Shown here: positions 21,887 to 34,301 of the stretch, one piece after another
Numbering within the stretch: position 1 is the first letter of the stretch
How the letters are laid out: every line of letters starts with the position of its first letter
Notes under the pieces: model-generated
Told to the model about the DNA's origin: nothing
The model's input: only the letters and a program-made list of their open reading frames with translations
The model's database searches: none
Translations under genes and position numbers: made by a program
NCBI GenBank assembly: GCA_973895155.1
Contig: OZ316894.1
Coordinates: 22,938,709-23,002,708 of the forward strand
Direction of reading: 5' to 3'
DNA: 64,000 nt
Source: Marsupella aquatica
Taxonomy: Eukaryota; Plantae; Marchantiophyta

Positions 21887-24800
21887 AGCCGGGGGTATGC
21901 CCTGTGCACGTCATCTAGGAGAGCAGATGATGTGTGGATTCTTGATTGTGCTTGCTCTTTTCATATTTGTTACATTCGTGAGTTTTTCAGTTCTTATTCT
22001 ATTTCAAACGGTTCAGTTCTGATGGGAAATGATCACTCTTGTCAAATTGAGGGAATTGGGTCTGTGAAGATTCAAATGTTTGATGGCGCTGTGCGCACAG
22101 TGTCCGGAGTCAGGTATGTACCTGGCATGCGTAAGAATCTGATTTCACTCGGTGTGTTGGATTCAAATGGTCATCAATGGAGCGTTATTGATGGTGAACT
22201 TCAAGTCAGGTCGGGAGAGACAGTGATTTTGAAGGGGAGTAGACAAAAGAATTTGTATGTGTTACAGGGCAATACTGTATGTGGAGAGGCCAATGTAACC
22301 AAGTCTCACGAGGAGATGACTCAACTGTGGCATTCACGGCTAGGCCACATGAGTGAGAAGGGTTTGGCTATCTTACGGAAGAATGGACTCATTTCTGATT
22401 TGCAATCTTGTAAATTAGAGTTTTGTGAGCATTGCATTCTTGGAAAGCAGCATCGTCGTGCTTTTGGTGTTGGAACTCATCGTTCCAAAGCGGTTCTTGA
22501 GTACATACATAGTGACGTGTGGGGTCCATCCCCGACTCTCTCACACTCTGGAAAGTTGTACTATGTATCATTTATTGATGATTACTCAAGATTTGTGTGG
22601 ATTTATTTCATGACGCATAAGTCTGATGTCTTGTCCATTTTTAAGAAGTGGAAGGCCCAGGTGGAGAATCAGACTGGAAACACGATCAAGTGTTTGGATA
22701 CAAGGGTGAAGAGTCTGAGGTCAGACAACGGCGGGGAGTACACTTCAATGGAATTTGAAGAGTACTGTTCAGAACAGGGGATAACTCGCCATCTCACCAC
22801 AGTTTATACTCCGCAGCAGAATGGTGTCGCTGAGAGGCTCAATCGGACACTGTTGGAGCGGTCACGGAGTATGTTGAGCCAATCAGGTTTACCACAAGAA
22901 TTTTGGGCAGAAGCTATCAATACCGCAGCTTATTTGGTAAATCTTTCTCCTTCTAGTGCTATCAATTTCAAAACGCCGTTTGAGATGCGCTATAAGCGGC
23001 AAGCAGACTATCATGGCTTGGTAATTTTTGGAAGTGATGCATATGCTCTCACACCAAAGCAGAATAGGACCAAGTTGGATCCTACCTCCAGGAAATGTGT
23101 TTTTCTTGGGTACCAGAGTGGTGTGAAAGCCTATAGGCTATGGGATCCTATTGCCTGTAAGCTCGTTGTCAGTAGGGATGTTTCCTTCAATGAATCCAGA
23201 TTATTGAAGGAGGGGGAGAATACTCAGGTCTCCCGTACTGACAAAGGAAAATCTCCTATCCCGGATCTCGTTGAGGGGGAGATTGGTTATGAGGTGCATG
23301 ACCGGAGAGAAGGAGTTGCTCCAATTATGGAGCTGGTTCCTGTGCCAGAGGAACCAGAGGAGTTTGTTGATGCTGGTGAGCAGCAAGTGGATGCTGTTGA
23401 GCTTCAAATTGTACCAGCACACGCAGATCAACCGGAGTCATCGGCTAGAAGAACATCTGGTCGCACTGTACGCGCTCCATCAAGGTATGGACAGTGGGTT
23501 GATTCATCTCAACTGCAAGAGGATGATTTTACAGCTGATGATGAGGGTGATGCGTTAATTTTGGAAGAAGGAGAACCTTCTTCATTTCATGAGGCAAGTG
23601 CTTCAAAGGAGAAGTAGAAGTGGACTGCAGCAATGCAAACGGAGATGCAGTCACTAAAGGACAACAAAACTTGGGAGCTTGTTAAGCTGCCTAAGGGTCA
23701 GCAAGTGGTGGACAACAAGTGGATTTACAAGCTGAAGGATAATTCCATAGGAGGTGGATCGAAGGTCTACAAGGCTAGATTGGTAGCAAAGGGATTCACA
23801 CAAGAGAAAGGTGTGGATTACAATGAGGTCTTCTCACCAGTTGCTAAGTACTCTACAATACGACTATTGTGTGTACTTGTTGTAATGTTTGGTCTGCTCC
23901 TAGATCAGATGGATGTTGTCACAGCTTTCCTCTATGGCACATTGGAAGAGGTGATCTTCATGAGACAACCGCTAGGTTTTGTGAAGAGAGGACAGGAGGA
24001 ATTGGTTTGCAGATTGCTGAAATCCTTGTATGGGTTGAAGCAGTCACCAAGACAGTGGAACAAGCGGTTTGACGATTGGATTCGGTCACAAGGTTTTCAC
24101 AAAAGTGTATTTGACCCTTGTGTGTATTTGAAACCGGTGAAGAATGTTGTCTTTGGGTTCATTGTTTTAGTACTTTATGTGGATGACATGCTAATTGCAG
24201 CCAAGGATAGGTCTGAGATTGTTAAGCTCAAGGCACTGCTTAGTGCAGAGTTTAAGATGAAGGACTTAGGGCCAGCTAAGAGGATTTTGGGTATGGAGAT
24301 CACTAGGGACTTGGAGGCTGGCAAGCTATGGTTGACGCAGAGCAGTTATGCGAGGAAGGTAATTGCAAGGTTCAACATGGAGAATAGCAAGCCAGTAAGT
24401 ACCCCGTTGGCTCCACACTTCAAGTTATCATCAGCGTTCTGTCCTACGGATGACATAGAGAAGGGGTTGATGTCAAAGGTTCCATATGACAAGGCAGTGG
24501 GGAGTCTCATGTATTTGATGACTTGCACTAGACCTGATCTTGCCATGGCTATGGGCAAGGTGAGCAGGTACATGTCGAATCCAGGGAAGGTACACTGGGA
24601 AGCAGTGAAGTGGATTATCAGGTACTTGAAGGGTACCGTGGATCATGGTCTTTTATTTGATGCGAATGCAAAGAATGCTAGATCATTGATTGGCTATGTA
24701 GATTCTGACTATGGACAAGATTTGGACCGAAGGAGATCAACAACAGGATACGTGTTCACACTTGGCGGTGGATGCATAAGTTGGAGGTCTACTTTGCAGA

Positions 24801-25159
24801 AGTGTATTGCTCAGTCTACTACAGAAGCGGAGTATGTTGCAGCTGCGGAAGCAGCAAAGGAAGCGATTTGGTTGGATAGACTTATCACTGAAATGGGATT
24901 GCCACAGGGGAATGTGAAGCTCCATTGTGATAGTCAAAGTGCGCTCCACCTTGCTGTGAACCAGGTGATGGACAGCAGAGTGAAGCACATTGACGTCAGG
25001 TACCATTTTATCAGGCAGGCTGTGTCTGATAATTTGTTTGAGCTAGTCAAGATTGATGGTAAACTCAACCCGGCTGACGCATTTACCAAAGTGATTCCTT
25101 TGGAGAGTTTCTCTAGACACCGTGACGTATTGCAGGTTTTGCAATTGCATCACAAGTAG
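21887..25159 (+). pseudogene. pol: Copia Pol (PR-IN-RT-RNase H), in frame with gag, one internal TAG at 23615
   Basis: WILDCACSFH, WHSRLGH, IHSDVWGP, RSDNGGEY, PQQNGVAER, YKARLVAKGFTQ, LYVDDML, YVDSDY, KHIDVRYHFIR. Confidence 0.95.
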
Positions 25160-25350
25160 AGTTTTCTTAAACATTCATTGTAATTACTGATATATGCTCT
25201 TCCTCATTCCTATGTATTAGGCTACGGCTTAGTTCTGGTTTGCTCTAGTTAGAGAGGGAAACCGGTTTGGTTTCTGTCCAGAACTTCCCGCTGAGGGATC
25301 ATATACATTGGCAGTATTACTCTCCCCTAGACCAGAGTCAAGGGGAAGAT

Positions 25351-25789
25351 TGTTGGGTATTTACTCTTACGTCTAGGTTAGGTATGACGTGGTTGGTACA
25401 ACAACGTGGGTTGGTACAACTACGTGGTTAGGTACAACTACGTGATTAGGTACAACTATGTGGTTAGGTACAACTATGTGGTTAGGTACAACTATGTGGT
25501 TAGGTACAACTATGTGGTTAGGTACAACTAAGTTGCACACTATATCATAAGAGGCATGTGTGCTTGGAGAGGTAGAACCAAGGCTCATTGTTATGGAGCC
25601 ACTTGAGAGATAGGGAGAGCTTACACTGTGGAGACTCGGTATAGCCGACGGGCTTAGAGTTCAGTAAAGCTCTCTTGTGTGTTCCCGTGGACGTAGCCTC
25701 AAGGAGGTGAACCACGTATCTCTTGTGTCGACTATTGTGCGTTGGATGGTTCATGGGCTTGCCGTTGCGATCGTCGTCTATGCTCAACA
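25351..25789 (+). repeat. Copia 3' LTR (439 bp)
   Basis: Direct repeat of the 5' LTR, preceded by the PPT. Confidence 0.95.
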
Positions 25790-26356
25790 AATGGTAGCGC
25801 CTGGCGCTACCCAAAACGATCAATATTTAAACCCTAAATTTTCCCTAAGTTAGGCCAACATTGACCCTGAAGTATAAAATAAAAAACAAAATGAATACAA
25901 TTTTTGAATATTTTTCCTTAATTGAATGTCATGATTACCGTTTCAAATTAGCGCCCGGCGCTAATATTAAATGGGCACATTTTGGTAAAATTTTAGATAA
26001 TATTTGGAAAATAGCTACAAACATTAGGGTTTATTCTGAAACCCCGGATAAAATATTCCAGTTTAATACCACAATTTATGGTGTGGGTTTGAGTAGCGCC
26101 TGGCGCTAAACATATATTGCACCATTTTGGGTCCATGTTGGAGTGAGGATGTTTGAGTAGCGCCCGACGCTACTCAATTAAGATGATTTAATAAACATGA
26201 TTATGCTCTTCGGAAATGGACATCTTAGGCTCATTAGTGTAAATGTCGTTGACATAACGACAAAAAACATTTATTGTGTCAGATGTGCTTTCGACCGGTA
26301 GTGATTCTGTCGTATTCTAATGGCTCTGACAAACGGATTATTCACTATGAATACCA

Positions 26357-29300
26357 TTGTGTGCATTCGAAGACGTCATTCATTATTGTGAACTGAGTGT
26401 TTTTGGGTTGGATGATCTTACAATGTCGAGGTCAATCATTCTGACGCGTTCGTCTACCGGTGACCTTGTATCCATTCCATTGTCGGCCAATGACGTATAC
26501 AAGCAAGTTAGTGAGAATTATCTTTGTGGGCGCTTTGGTTTGGATTTGAATGACATTGAGGACATTTTGGATGAGGGAAACGGAGATGATGCCTCTAATT
26601 TCACTGCTTCTTTTGGCCTCATTCACAATTGGAGGACTCAAAAGGAACGTCATACTCAGAAGTGACCATAGTTTATTATGCTTTAGGACATCATTTGTAA
26701 GGTGTAATGAGATGATATGCAAGATTTGATGTACTATACTTAATAAACATCCTGTAGGTTGGTAACATTAATTAAACTATCTAGCATTTGAGACTTTGAA
26801 GCTTTCCTTATATGTCCTTCAAAGATCGATAAAAGGACTTGTCACGCAACGAGTCACATCATTTCAGGACTCGAAAGGACTCTAAAACTTGCATTTTAGA
26901 CAATGAAATTTTACCAAGGCATGCATACTAATAGAATAATCTTATATTTTAAAACTCAAATATTGACACACACTAAACCTTTATGTACAGGACAAAAATA
27001 ATAAGTAATTTTGGCTTATTTAGGGCCATCAATAATAGGATCCCTTAAAAAAGTTAAAAACTTGATTTATCTACATGATGAGGTAGGTTACACCATGTAA
27101 AATAGTCTTGTGAAAAAATTAGACTTAAATGTCTTGAGATAAAATCATGATGAAACTTTTTCCATGTTACGAAAGTCATTTTTCACTAAAAAAACATGTT
27201 TTTGAGTCCTGAAAGTGGTTCCTGTGAGGTACACCCAATTGTGAATGAGGCCTTTTGATGTTGATGACGGGATTCATTTTTGGCACCTGAATGCAGGAAT
27301 TCGGTATTCTATTGTCATTCGAAAACCAATCGCATCCGATCTCCCATCTTCATCCAAACCCTTTGTTGATGTTGTCTTGCTTTCAGAAAGCGACGATGAT
27401 GGACCTTCTGGTTTGCCTGAGTCTAGTGCTAAACCCCCTCACACAGTTGTTAAACAGGAGGTTACCCCTGTTAAACAGGAGGTTAGAGCAGTTTTTACCA
27501 AAAATTCCATTGTGTATTGGAGAAGTGCAATGGATACCATTCTCAAGTCAACTGGTTCCAGTGAAATCTCGAGGTTCATCGCGGCTGGGGACTTCTGCCA
27601 TGAACAAGTTGGCTGTTTGCCGAAGAAATACAATGGAAATATTGTATTCGAGTTGCCTCCTGCGGGAGCTCTTTCAAAGGGGTCACGTCTACGCGACATG
27701 AACCGGTCGAAGGATTGCTACATCTGGACCAGAATATTTCCTACATCAGCTAATGTTCATCCCAAGAAATATTGGGAATTTGGTAAAGTAACGTGCACTG
27801 GGTCCATTGAGTGTAGGAATAATACTTGCGACTATTTTCGACGGAAGAAAAGGAGGAACCAGAAGGCCTGGGGTGGAACCCCCAAACTTGGCGGGCAACA
27901 TCGTGTTGGCTCCTTCATTGACGAAGGTGGAGTTGTTTGCCAATTTTGTGATCAAGTTCCATTTTGTGTCCAATCTTGTCCAACAAGGTTATTTTACATG
28001 TACCCCCAGGTTCTAGTTGACTCAGAAACCTGTACTCACATGTCCCGCTTGGCAATTCATATGGGGATCCACAACCATCCTTCAAGAAAGGTGTTTTCTC
28101 GGAGCGCAGAGAAGATTGTTGAGGAGGTTATCAAAAAGAAATTGGAAGGAAATCCAATTTTCACCCTTGCTGGTGTAAAAAATGTGGCGACAGGGTCCTT
28201 TGTAAAGTCCTTGTGTGAAAGTGTGGAAGATATTCAAGATATTGAAGAAACCAAGATATTTTTGAGTCGCTCATGGTAGTTTCCACACCCCAGAAGTTTG
28301 CGTCCCTCTTTCGTAGTGTTAGACAGGACCAGAAAGGTCGAGGTGAACTAGATTTTCTTGTTCGGTATCAAAGAAATATCAACATGCCTTTCCTCCAAAG
28401 GTACCTGTCATATGACACAATACGACGCAATAAGTTGTCCCTTAATGGACAATGCCATTTTTTACTTCTAGGTACAGACTCCACTTCACTAGCGCCCGAC
28501 GCTAGTGTTTTCTTATTGCGTAACAGACAATTTATTCTATATAATTGCAGAACAAGAGTGTTGAAGAAGGGGCTAAGATTCCTAATTGTACAGGATCAGA
28601 GTCCGTGCACGCAGGTATGAAAGCATGGGTAATGAAGAAAAAGGTTGGACTCTTTGAGGCATGTGAAATGGACCAAAATCGAGCTATTTCTCAGGTTGCT
28701 GCTTACACTGCGTATCGGAAAGGGTTGCATAGAGGAAAAGGTCCCACAATTTGGGAACTCGCTTTCCGATCAGCGGACCAGGCAGGCTCCCCCAAGTTGT
28801 ATGAAGATGCAATGAATATGCTACTGTCCAACGCTGCCGAGTTTGACTTGGAGAGACGTGCACCTCTCAATGGAGACGTTGTCACCAAATCTTTGAAGAG
28901 GAAAGGACATGCATCTGGGAATATCTCGCCACAAGACTCCCATAGGCATGATAAAATCCTTGTCACCTCGCCCAATACTAGATCAATGAAAAGGAAGAAT
29001 CTTAATCGCACGACGTTTGATGCTATCCTTGGCCCCACGCCTCAAGTTAATCCTGTTGTTAATTTGTCTGGAAGTGACATTTTGGGCGATGGAGAAGATG
29101 TCGATTTCAATACCCCTCCTGCTCGAGACCAAACGCGTTCAACGAGGCTTCCCCAGACTGCTCCCTCCATGGTTCAGCAACCGTTACAAGAGTGTCCTGT
29201 CCGTGAGATCGAGGTTGCTCCATCTGCATGGCAATTACGTCGAACTTCAAAATTTGGCGCTGGTCCTCAGTGCAACGGATCATTTTCCCGTAATTCCGAA

Positions 29301-30076
29301 AGAGACGAGTGTCGCAATCGCATGAAAAAAGTTGGATTTCCCTCACCACATGGTGTTATCGGCGTTGTTGTCAAAGGACAACGCATTTTCAGGGGGGAAC
29401 CCATAACCGAAATGATTTGGTTTTGCCCAAACAATACATGTTACAGAAGCCACCCTCGTCGAGGTGTATTGAACCTGCCCCCTTTCCCGGATGTTCTTCC
29501 CATTTTGAAAGGGGCAAATGTTTCGGAAGACGAGCTGCAATATCTTCTTGACAACGGAATCTCCCTAGTGCACGGAAATGAACATACAACTACATCCCCG
29601 TCAGATTTTGATCTTCGAATCAATGTCAATATTTTTCCAGAACATGTGAATCTTCTCAAACCCAATGTTCGTCTCCGAAGCCGGAATGGGACGAATACGG
29701 TTCCTTGGTCAAATCTTACCCAGGTCACATGAACATAATTGCGTCTGCAAAAAAAGAGACGATGTCCATTCAGGGATAGTGGGATGTTGCGATTGGGAAT
29801 GCATGGGGAAAGCAGTTTAAGGTGCAAACGCACAAAAATATGCGGACACCAAATTGTTACTTTGTTCAAATTTGCATTTTCCCCACTTGCTCGTGTGAGG
29901 ATTTCTACCGGTGACATTCTCGGAAACATCCATATATGCCTTGCAAACATTTGTATTGGATTTTCCTTACCGTTTTCAAACTAGACGTTGAGGAATCTAC
30001 ATTGACCAACCAACCAATTCTCACTGTTGGAGAGGTTCGGCTCATATTAGAGAGGCAAAATGCTCATGGTTTATAG
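26357..30076 (+). pseudogene. MULE transposase remnant (GCM/WRKY-like Zn domain, core apparently deleted, C-terminal SWIM finger)
   Basis: CTGSIEC...C...CQFC...C...HMGIHNHP. CTGSESVHAGMK resembles the MULE TxNxxEsxH motif. TCSCEDF...PCKHLYW is CxC...CxH. Intron ~28472-28550. Interrupted by the MITE at 26615-27252. Confidence 0.78.
26615..27252. mobile_element. 638-bp AT-rich MITE with 18-bp perfect TIRs (GGCCTCATTCACAATTGG) and 4-bp TSD TTTT
   Basis: TIRs read directly. Removing the element plus one TTTT restores the transposase frame (TASF|DVDDG). Confidence 0.85.
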
Positions 30077-30280
30077 CATGAATCATGATGATGTAGGTTT
30101 TATTATCGGTCCAAACGGTTATATTGATTTTGTCGTATGTCAACGGAAAAGTGTTATTTATGTCGCGTCATGTTTTGTTAGCGCCAGGCGCTGATAATTT
30201 TGTCACTTAGGCTACACCGTTAAATATCATCGTGTTGTGCTTGATGTTCTCAACGCCAACTATTTGTTTCCTTAAATACC

Positions 30281-30700
30281 GAGTAAAGTTACATCATCAG
30301 TTATCAGTGTTTTCCATCAGTCGCCACATCATCTTAGAGAGGCCGCCAAGTTGGGGTTTTTTCCAAAAATTCTCAAAAAAAATAATTTCCCCAAAAATAT
30401 TTTTTTCACTATGTGTGTCCGTACCGTACGGACACCGCATCTCGGCGAGACCCGCCAAGATAGTCCGATGTTCGTATGGTACGGACACCAAATTTTGTCG
30501 GATTTTTTTTTAAGATTTATTTTTTTTTGAGAATTTTTGAAAAAAAAATTAATTTTTTTTCTTCGTTTTTTTTGTCCTTACGCTGATCTCGGCAAGGTCA
30601 GCTGAGATGCGTGAAAGTGCGAAGGCCCTATCTCAGCTGCTCAGCTGAGATTCAGAAATTTCAAGGCGACCAAACTGATAACTGATGATCCTCGCTACCC
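30281..30700. mobile_element. 420-bp MULE-type MITE
   Basis: 10-bp TSD CTTAAATACC (30271-30280 / 30701-30710) and subterminal inverted repeat ATCATCAGTTATCAGT / ACTGATAACTGATGAT. Confidence 0.85.
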
Positions 30701-31104
30701 CTTAAATACCGATAAGATAGCGCCAGGCGCTAGTCAAGACGTTGTTCACTTTTATTTTGGACCATATAATACCATAAAGTTTTGGGCTGCATTCATTTTG
30801 TATTATTTTTATATATTTTGTTGCCGATTATGGTGGGACCTACCATTTTTGTGCACATTCCTTGACATTTTTATGTATGCTCCCCCTTGTTTGTGTTGGG
30901 ATCTGAGGTTCAATTATTATGTGGTTCAACGATTCATGACAAGGTATCCTCCCTCACCGCAATGGACTAACTCCAACTTAAACAATTCTAAACTCCTGAT
31001 TGTGTGTTCTTTCCCCTGGTACAAGATGTTTTTTCCTGGTAACAGCATAAGGCAAACAAGAAAAGTATTTGCTGTTTGCCTGTTTGCTGTCTCGGTCGCT
31101 ATAC

Positions 31105-34100
31105 CCGTATAGACTCCCGACCACCAATATAATCCTTTGACCCTGTCATATGTGGCTTGAACTCCTCGATGGCCAGCTATCTCCTTATCATGACATTCTT
31201 GTAGAATCATGATCTTGGTGTCTTCATCTCCCACCACTTTCATCGGTATCTGGTTTGACTTCTTCGCTTAGCGCCATAAGTACCCATCTTGTAGAAGAAA
31301 ACCATAAGACTTCTTCCTAATCTTTTCAAATTCTTCTCTGCTCCATTCTGGATCTTTCTCTAATGTACTAAGATACCTTCCTATAGTGAGAAGCTCATCA
31401 AAGTATAACTCTTCTCTAAAAGTTGGCATCTTTGATACCTCATTTGCTTCTACTCTGCATTCTTCATGCTCATCATATCGAGCTCTAGATAGCATATTGG
31501 CTACTGGATTGTTATTTCCTGCTATATGCTTTAGTTCTGGATTAATCATTCTGATGAATGCTATCCATCGTAGCATTGCTATATCAGGGGTATCACAATT
31601 TGCAATCATCCCTAGTAATGGCAAGCAATCCGTCTCAAGAACTACATACGCACCAATCAAGCTATCTTTCTCTTGTTTTAATGCAATTTTTGCACCCCAC
31701 AACTCACGCTTGACTTGAGGGTACCTTCTTTGCCGCTCAGTGAAGATCTTTGCTCCAAATCTCGATGTATATCTGTTGCCTTCCTCATCATCTTGTCCAA
31801 GCGCCCATCCTGTAGCATAAAGACTTGAATCCATCGTGATGATATTTATCGGCTGCCCATTGGTGTAGGTTAACGGACGCAGGACTGGTGATTTCTGTAG
31901 TGCTTCTTTTAATCTGCTCATTGCAGTTGCATGGTCTATTGTCCATACAAACTTGGTCCTCTTTCTTAAGAGTTGATATAGGGGTTCTGCAATATGAGCA
32001 AAGTGCGGAATCCAAACACGATTGAAGACACTTCCTCCAAGAAATCTCCTTACTTCTTGCACTGTGGTGCAATCTCTCATCTTGTTGATTGCATCCACCT
32101 TATCGTTGTTTGGTTTGCGGCCATATGTTCCACACATATGCCCTACGACCAATATCTTCTTAAGTCCAAAGTCAGACTTCTCACCAGAAAGAGGTACTCC
32201 TGCTTCTATCAACCGATGTAGAATGGCTTCCACATCTTGTATATGCTCCCAAATGAACTGCCTCATTCCATCCTTCCTCAATGTCTCATCTTTTTTACCT
32301 TCCACACATCCCTTGATTGGTATGTTATCAAGAAATGGACGAGTTTTCTCCGGAATAAATAATTGCAAAATACGATTCATAGCATTTTGCATATGTGCCA
32401 CTGAGTTTGTTGCTCCTTGTGGAAGGGTACACATTTTCAATAACCCAAGTGGAGTTCTCATTGTAGTGATGTCTCGGCTTCCTTCTGCAAGCTGAAATTG
32501 ATCATATCCTGAGTAGAGATCTCCAATTGAATAGACGGCCCTTCCTGCAAACTCCTCTGCAAATTCATCCATAATTGGACCAATTCCTACATTCCGAATG
32601 GTAACTCTATTTGGCGGTTGCATATCCTGTATGAACCTTAGTTTCCCATTCTTCTTTCAAATTGTAAACCACCGATTGGAGTATGGTGCCTTTGACCTCT
32701 CCAAAATCTTGGCTCTCAGCTTTTCTTTTAGTAGCTCCACTAGTTGCGGTAGCAAAGCCTTAGGAACCGGAATAGGTTTCAAGTCCCATGGTATATACGG
32801 AACTGTGAAAATCACCATTGGTGCTATCTCGCGTGGATTAGCGCACCCAATCTCCTCAACATTGAAGGCAAAAGCCTTCCCATTTCTAGCAATCATTTTT
32901 CTTTGAAGGCATCTTGCTCAACCATGGTAAGCAAGCCATCTCCTCCAATCTTGATCTGTTCCAATGTCTCCTTTGTGAAGACATGGCCTATTCTCTTGGA
33001 ATCTCTCAATCTTGGCTCTTCTTGTGCTCTTCGTAGCAATTCTCTTGCTTCCAAAGGCAATGGAACCGCGGCTGGTCGAACCTTTCTATCCACTGTTTTG
33101 TACTTTGTGTTGACGTTCACTGCTTCATGGACTAGATGAGATACTAGTTCATGAAGTTCTCTCCCAATCTCAATTTCTGATTTGCCTTGCTCAATTGACA
33201 AAATCACTTGTTCCACAGACTCGCCTTCTCCTTGTTCTTGTAGTATACCGAGAACTGTCTCGCCCTCTTCAATTTCCTTTGCTGTTTGCATCATACCTTC
33301 TCTTCTTCTCAATCTTTTTTGTAGTTTTCTAGTTGCTTCCTTTGTATGTAAGAAAGAGACAACCTTATCTGTCCCTATGCCAACACATGAGGATGTGAAA
33401 TACTTCTCAATACTGACTTCTTCAGCTTGTGGTGGGGTTATCATCTTGGCGCCTCGATCTCCCACCTTTGTTGTCGGGACGCCTAGTGGAAACCCCAAGT
33501 GTTTTTCTTCTCTGGAGCCCTAAGCTCCCACCTATTTCTCTCGTTTTCTGGCCGAACAGTTGGAAATTGGACAATTCTCATACCATTGCGGCTCTTCACC
33601 TTTGCCACATGTGTGCCATCATCCAACACCTTAGTCTCCATTCTCAGTTGTGTGATGAATGGTTGCCCTAAAATGATTGGATATGGTAGACTATCATGGA
33701 CAAAAATATTAATAGGCTCGATTACGTTGCCCACTTTTATCTTCACATCTGGGCAAGCACCCCATAATGCATTTTTGGTGGCATTGACAAAATTCACTTT
33801 CCATTGGATGTCGCAGTCCACAACCCACTGCCCGTCTTCGTACAACTTCTTTGACATCAGGTTCACTTCTGATCTTGTGTCAATTAATGCACTGACTGGT
33901 CCCTCAATCCCCTCCATCTCAATTTCACATTCACTGCAACCTTGGGCCCAATATGATTCTTGTGTCTCCTCGACCTTGGACGCCAAAGACCCACTTCTTT
34001 CTTCACCTGTAGCTTCATAGACTGCAATAGTTTTCTCAACTTGCTCCAACTCATCTTCATGGTCCACCTCTAGTTGATAACTTTCTCCGATATCACTTTC

Positions 34101-34301
34101 ATCCTCTTGCAAAAGCTGAAGTGTGTATGGACCTTCCTTGTAGAATCTCTTTTTCTTTGCTTTGGACAATATGATGTCCTGCACATCTCTTCTCAGACTG
34201 CCAAAGAATTCCTCATTAGAGAAACCCTTCACTTCTTGTCTCCAAAACTTGTTGGAAATTTCTTGCGGATCAAGTTCCATCTCTACCTCTCGGCTCAACA
34301 T
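31105..34301 (-). pseudogene. pol: E1 pol: protease, RT, RNase H, integrase Zn-finger N-terminus; several frameshifts and stops
   Basis: ALIDTRSEVNLM (degenerate DTG), GDLYSGYDQF, LPQGATNS, PFLDNIPIKG (DD>DN), ETDCLPL, HDKEIAGHRG. Confidence 0.92.

Larger units (their letters stand above)
19698..25789 (+). mobile_element. Young full-length Ty1/copia LTR retrotransposon inserted in the MULE intergenic region
   Basis: LTRs TGTT...AACA, 5-bp TSD AATGG (19693-19697 / 25790-25794), iMet PBS, PPT AAGGGGAAGAT before 25351, gag-PR-IN-RT-RH order. Confidence 0.97.
14272..30732. repeat. Dispersed 15-bp palindrome TAGCGCC(A/T/C)GGCGCTA confined to MULE non-coding DNA
   Basis: Copies start at 14651, 15001, 15124, 16271, 17057, 17128, 18537, 25795, 25949, 26094, 26158, 28490, 30179 and 30718, with degenerate copies at ~14272, ~14324 and ~14384. 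Confidence 0.92.
5571..31104. mobile_element. Mutator-like (MULE) DNA transposon with degenerate TIRs; ~9.8 kb after removing nested insertions
   Basis: 10-bp TSD CCGTATAGAC (5561-5570 / 31105-31114) splits the E1 integrase codons GVYTD. Ends share AGACAG.AAACAG.CAAACAG.AAA in inverted orientation. Encodes a zinc-finger/SWIM transposase. Confidence 0.88.
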
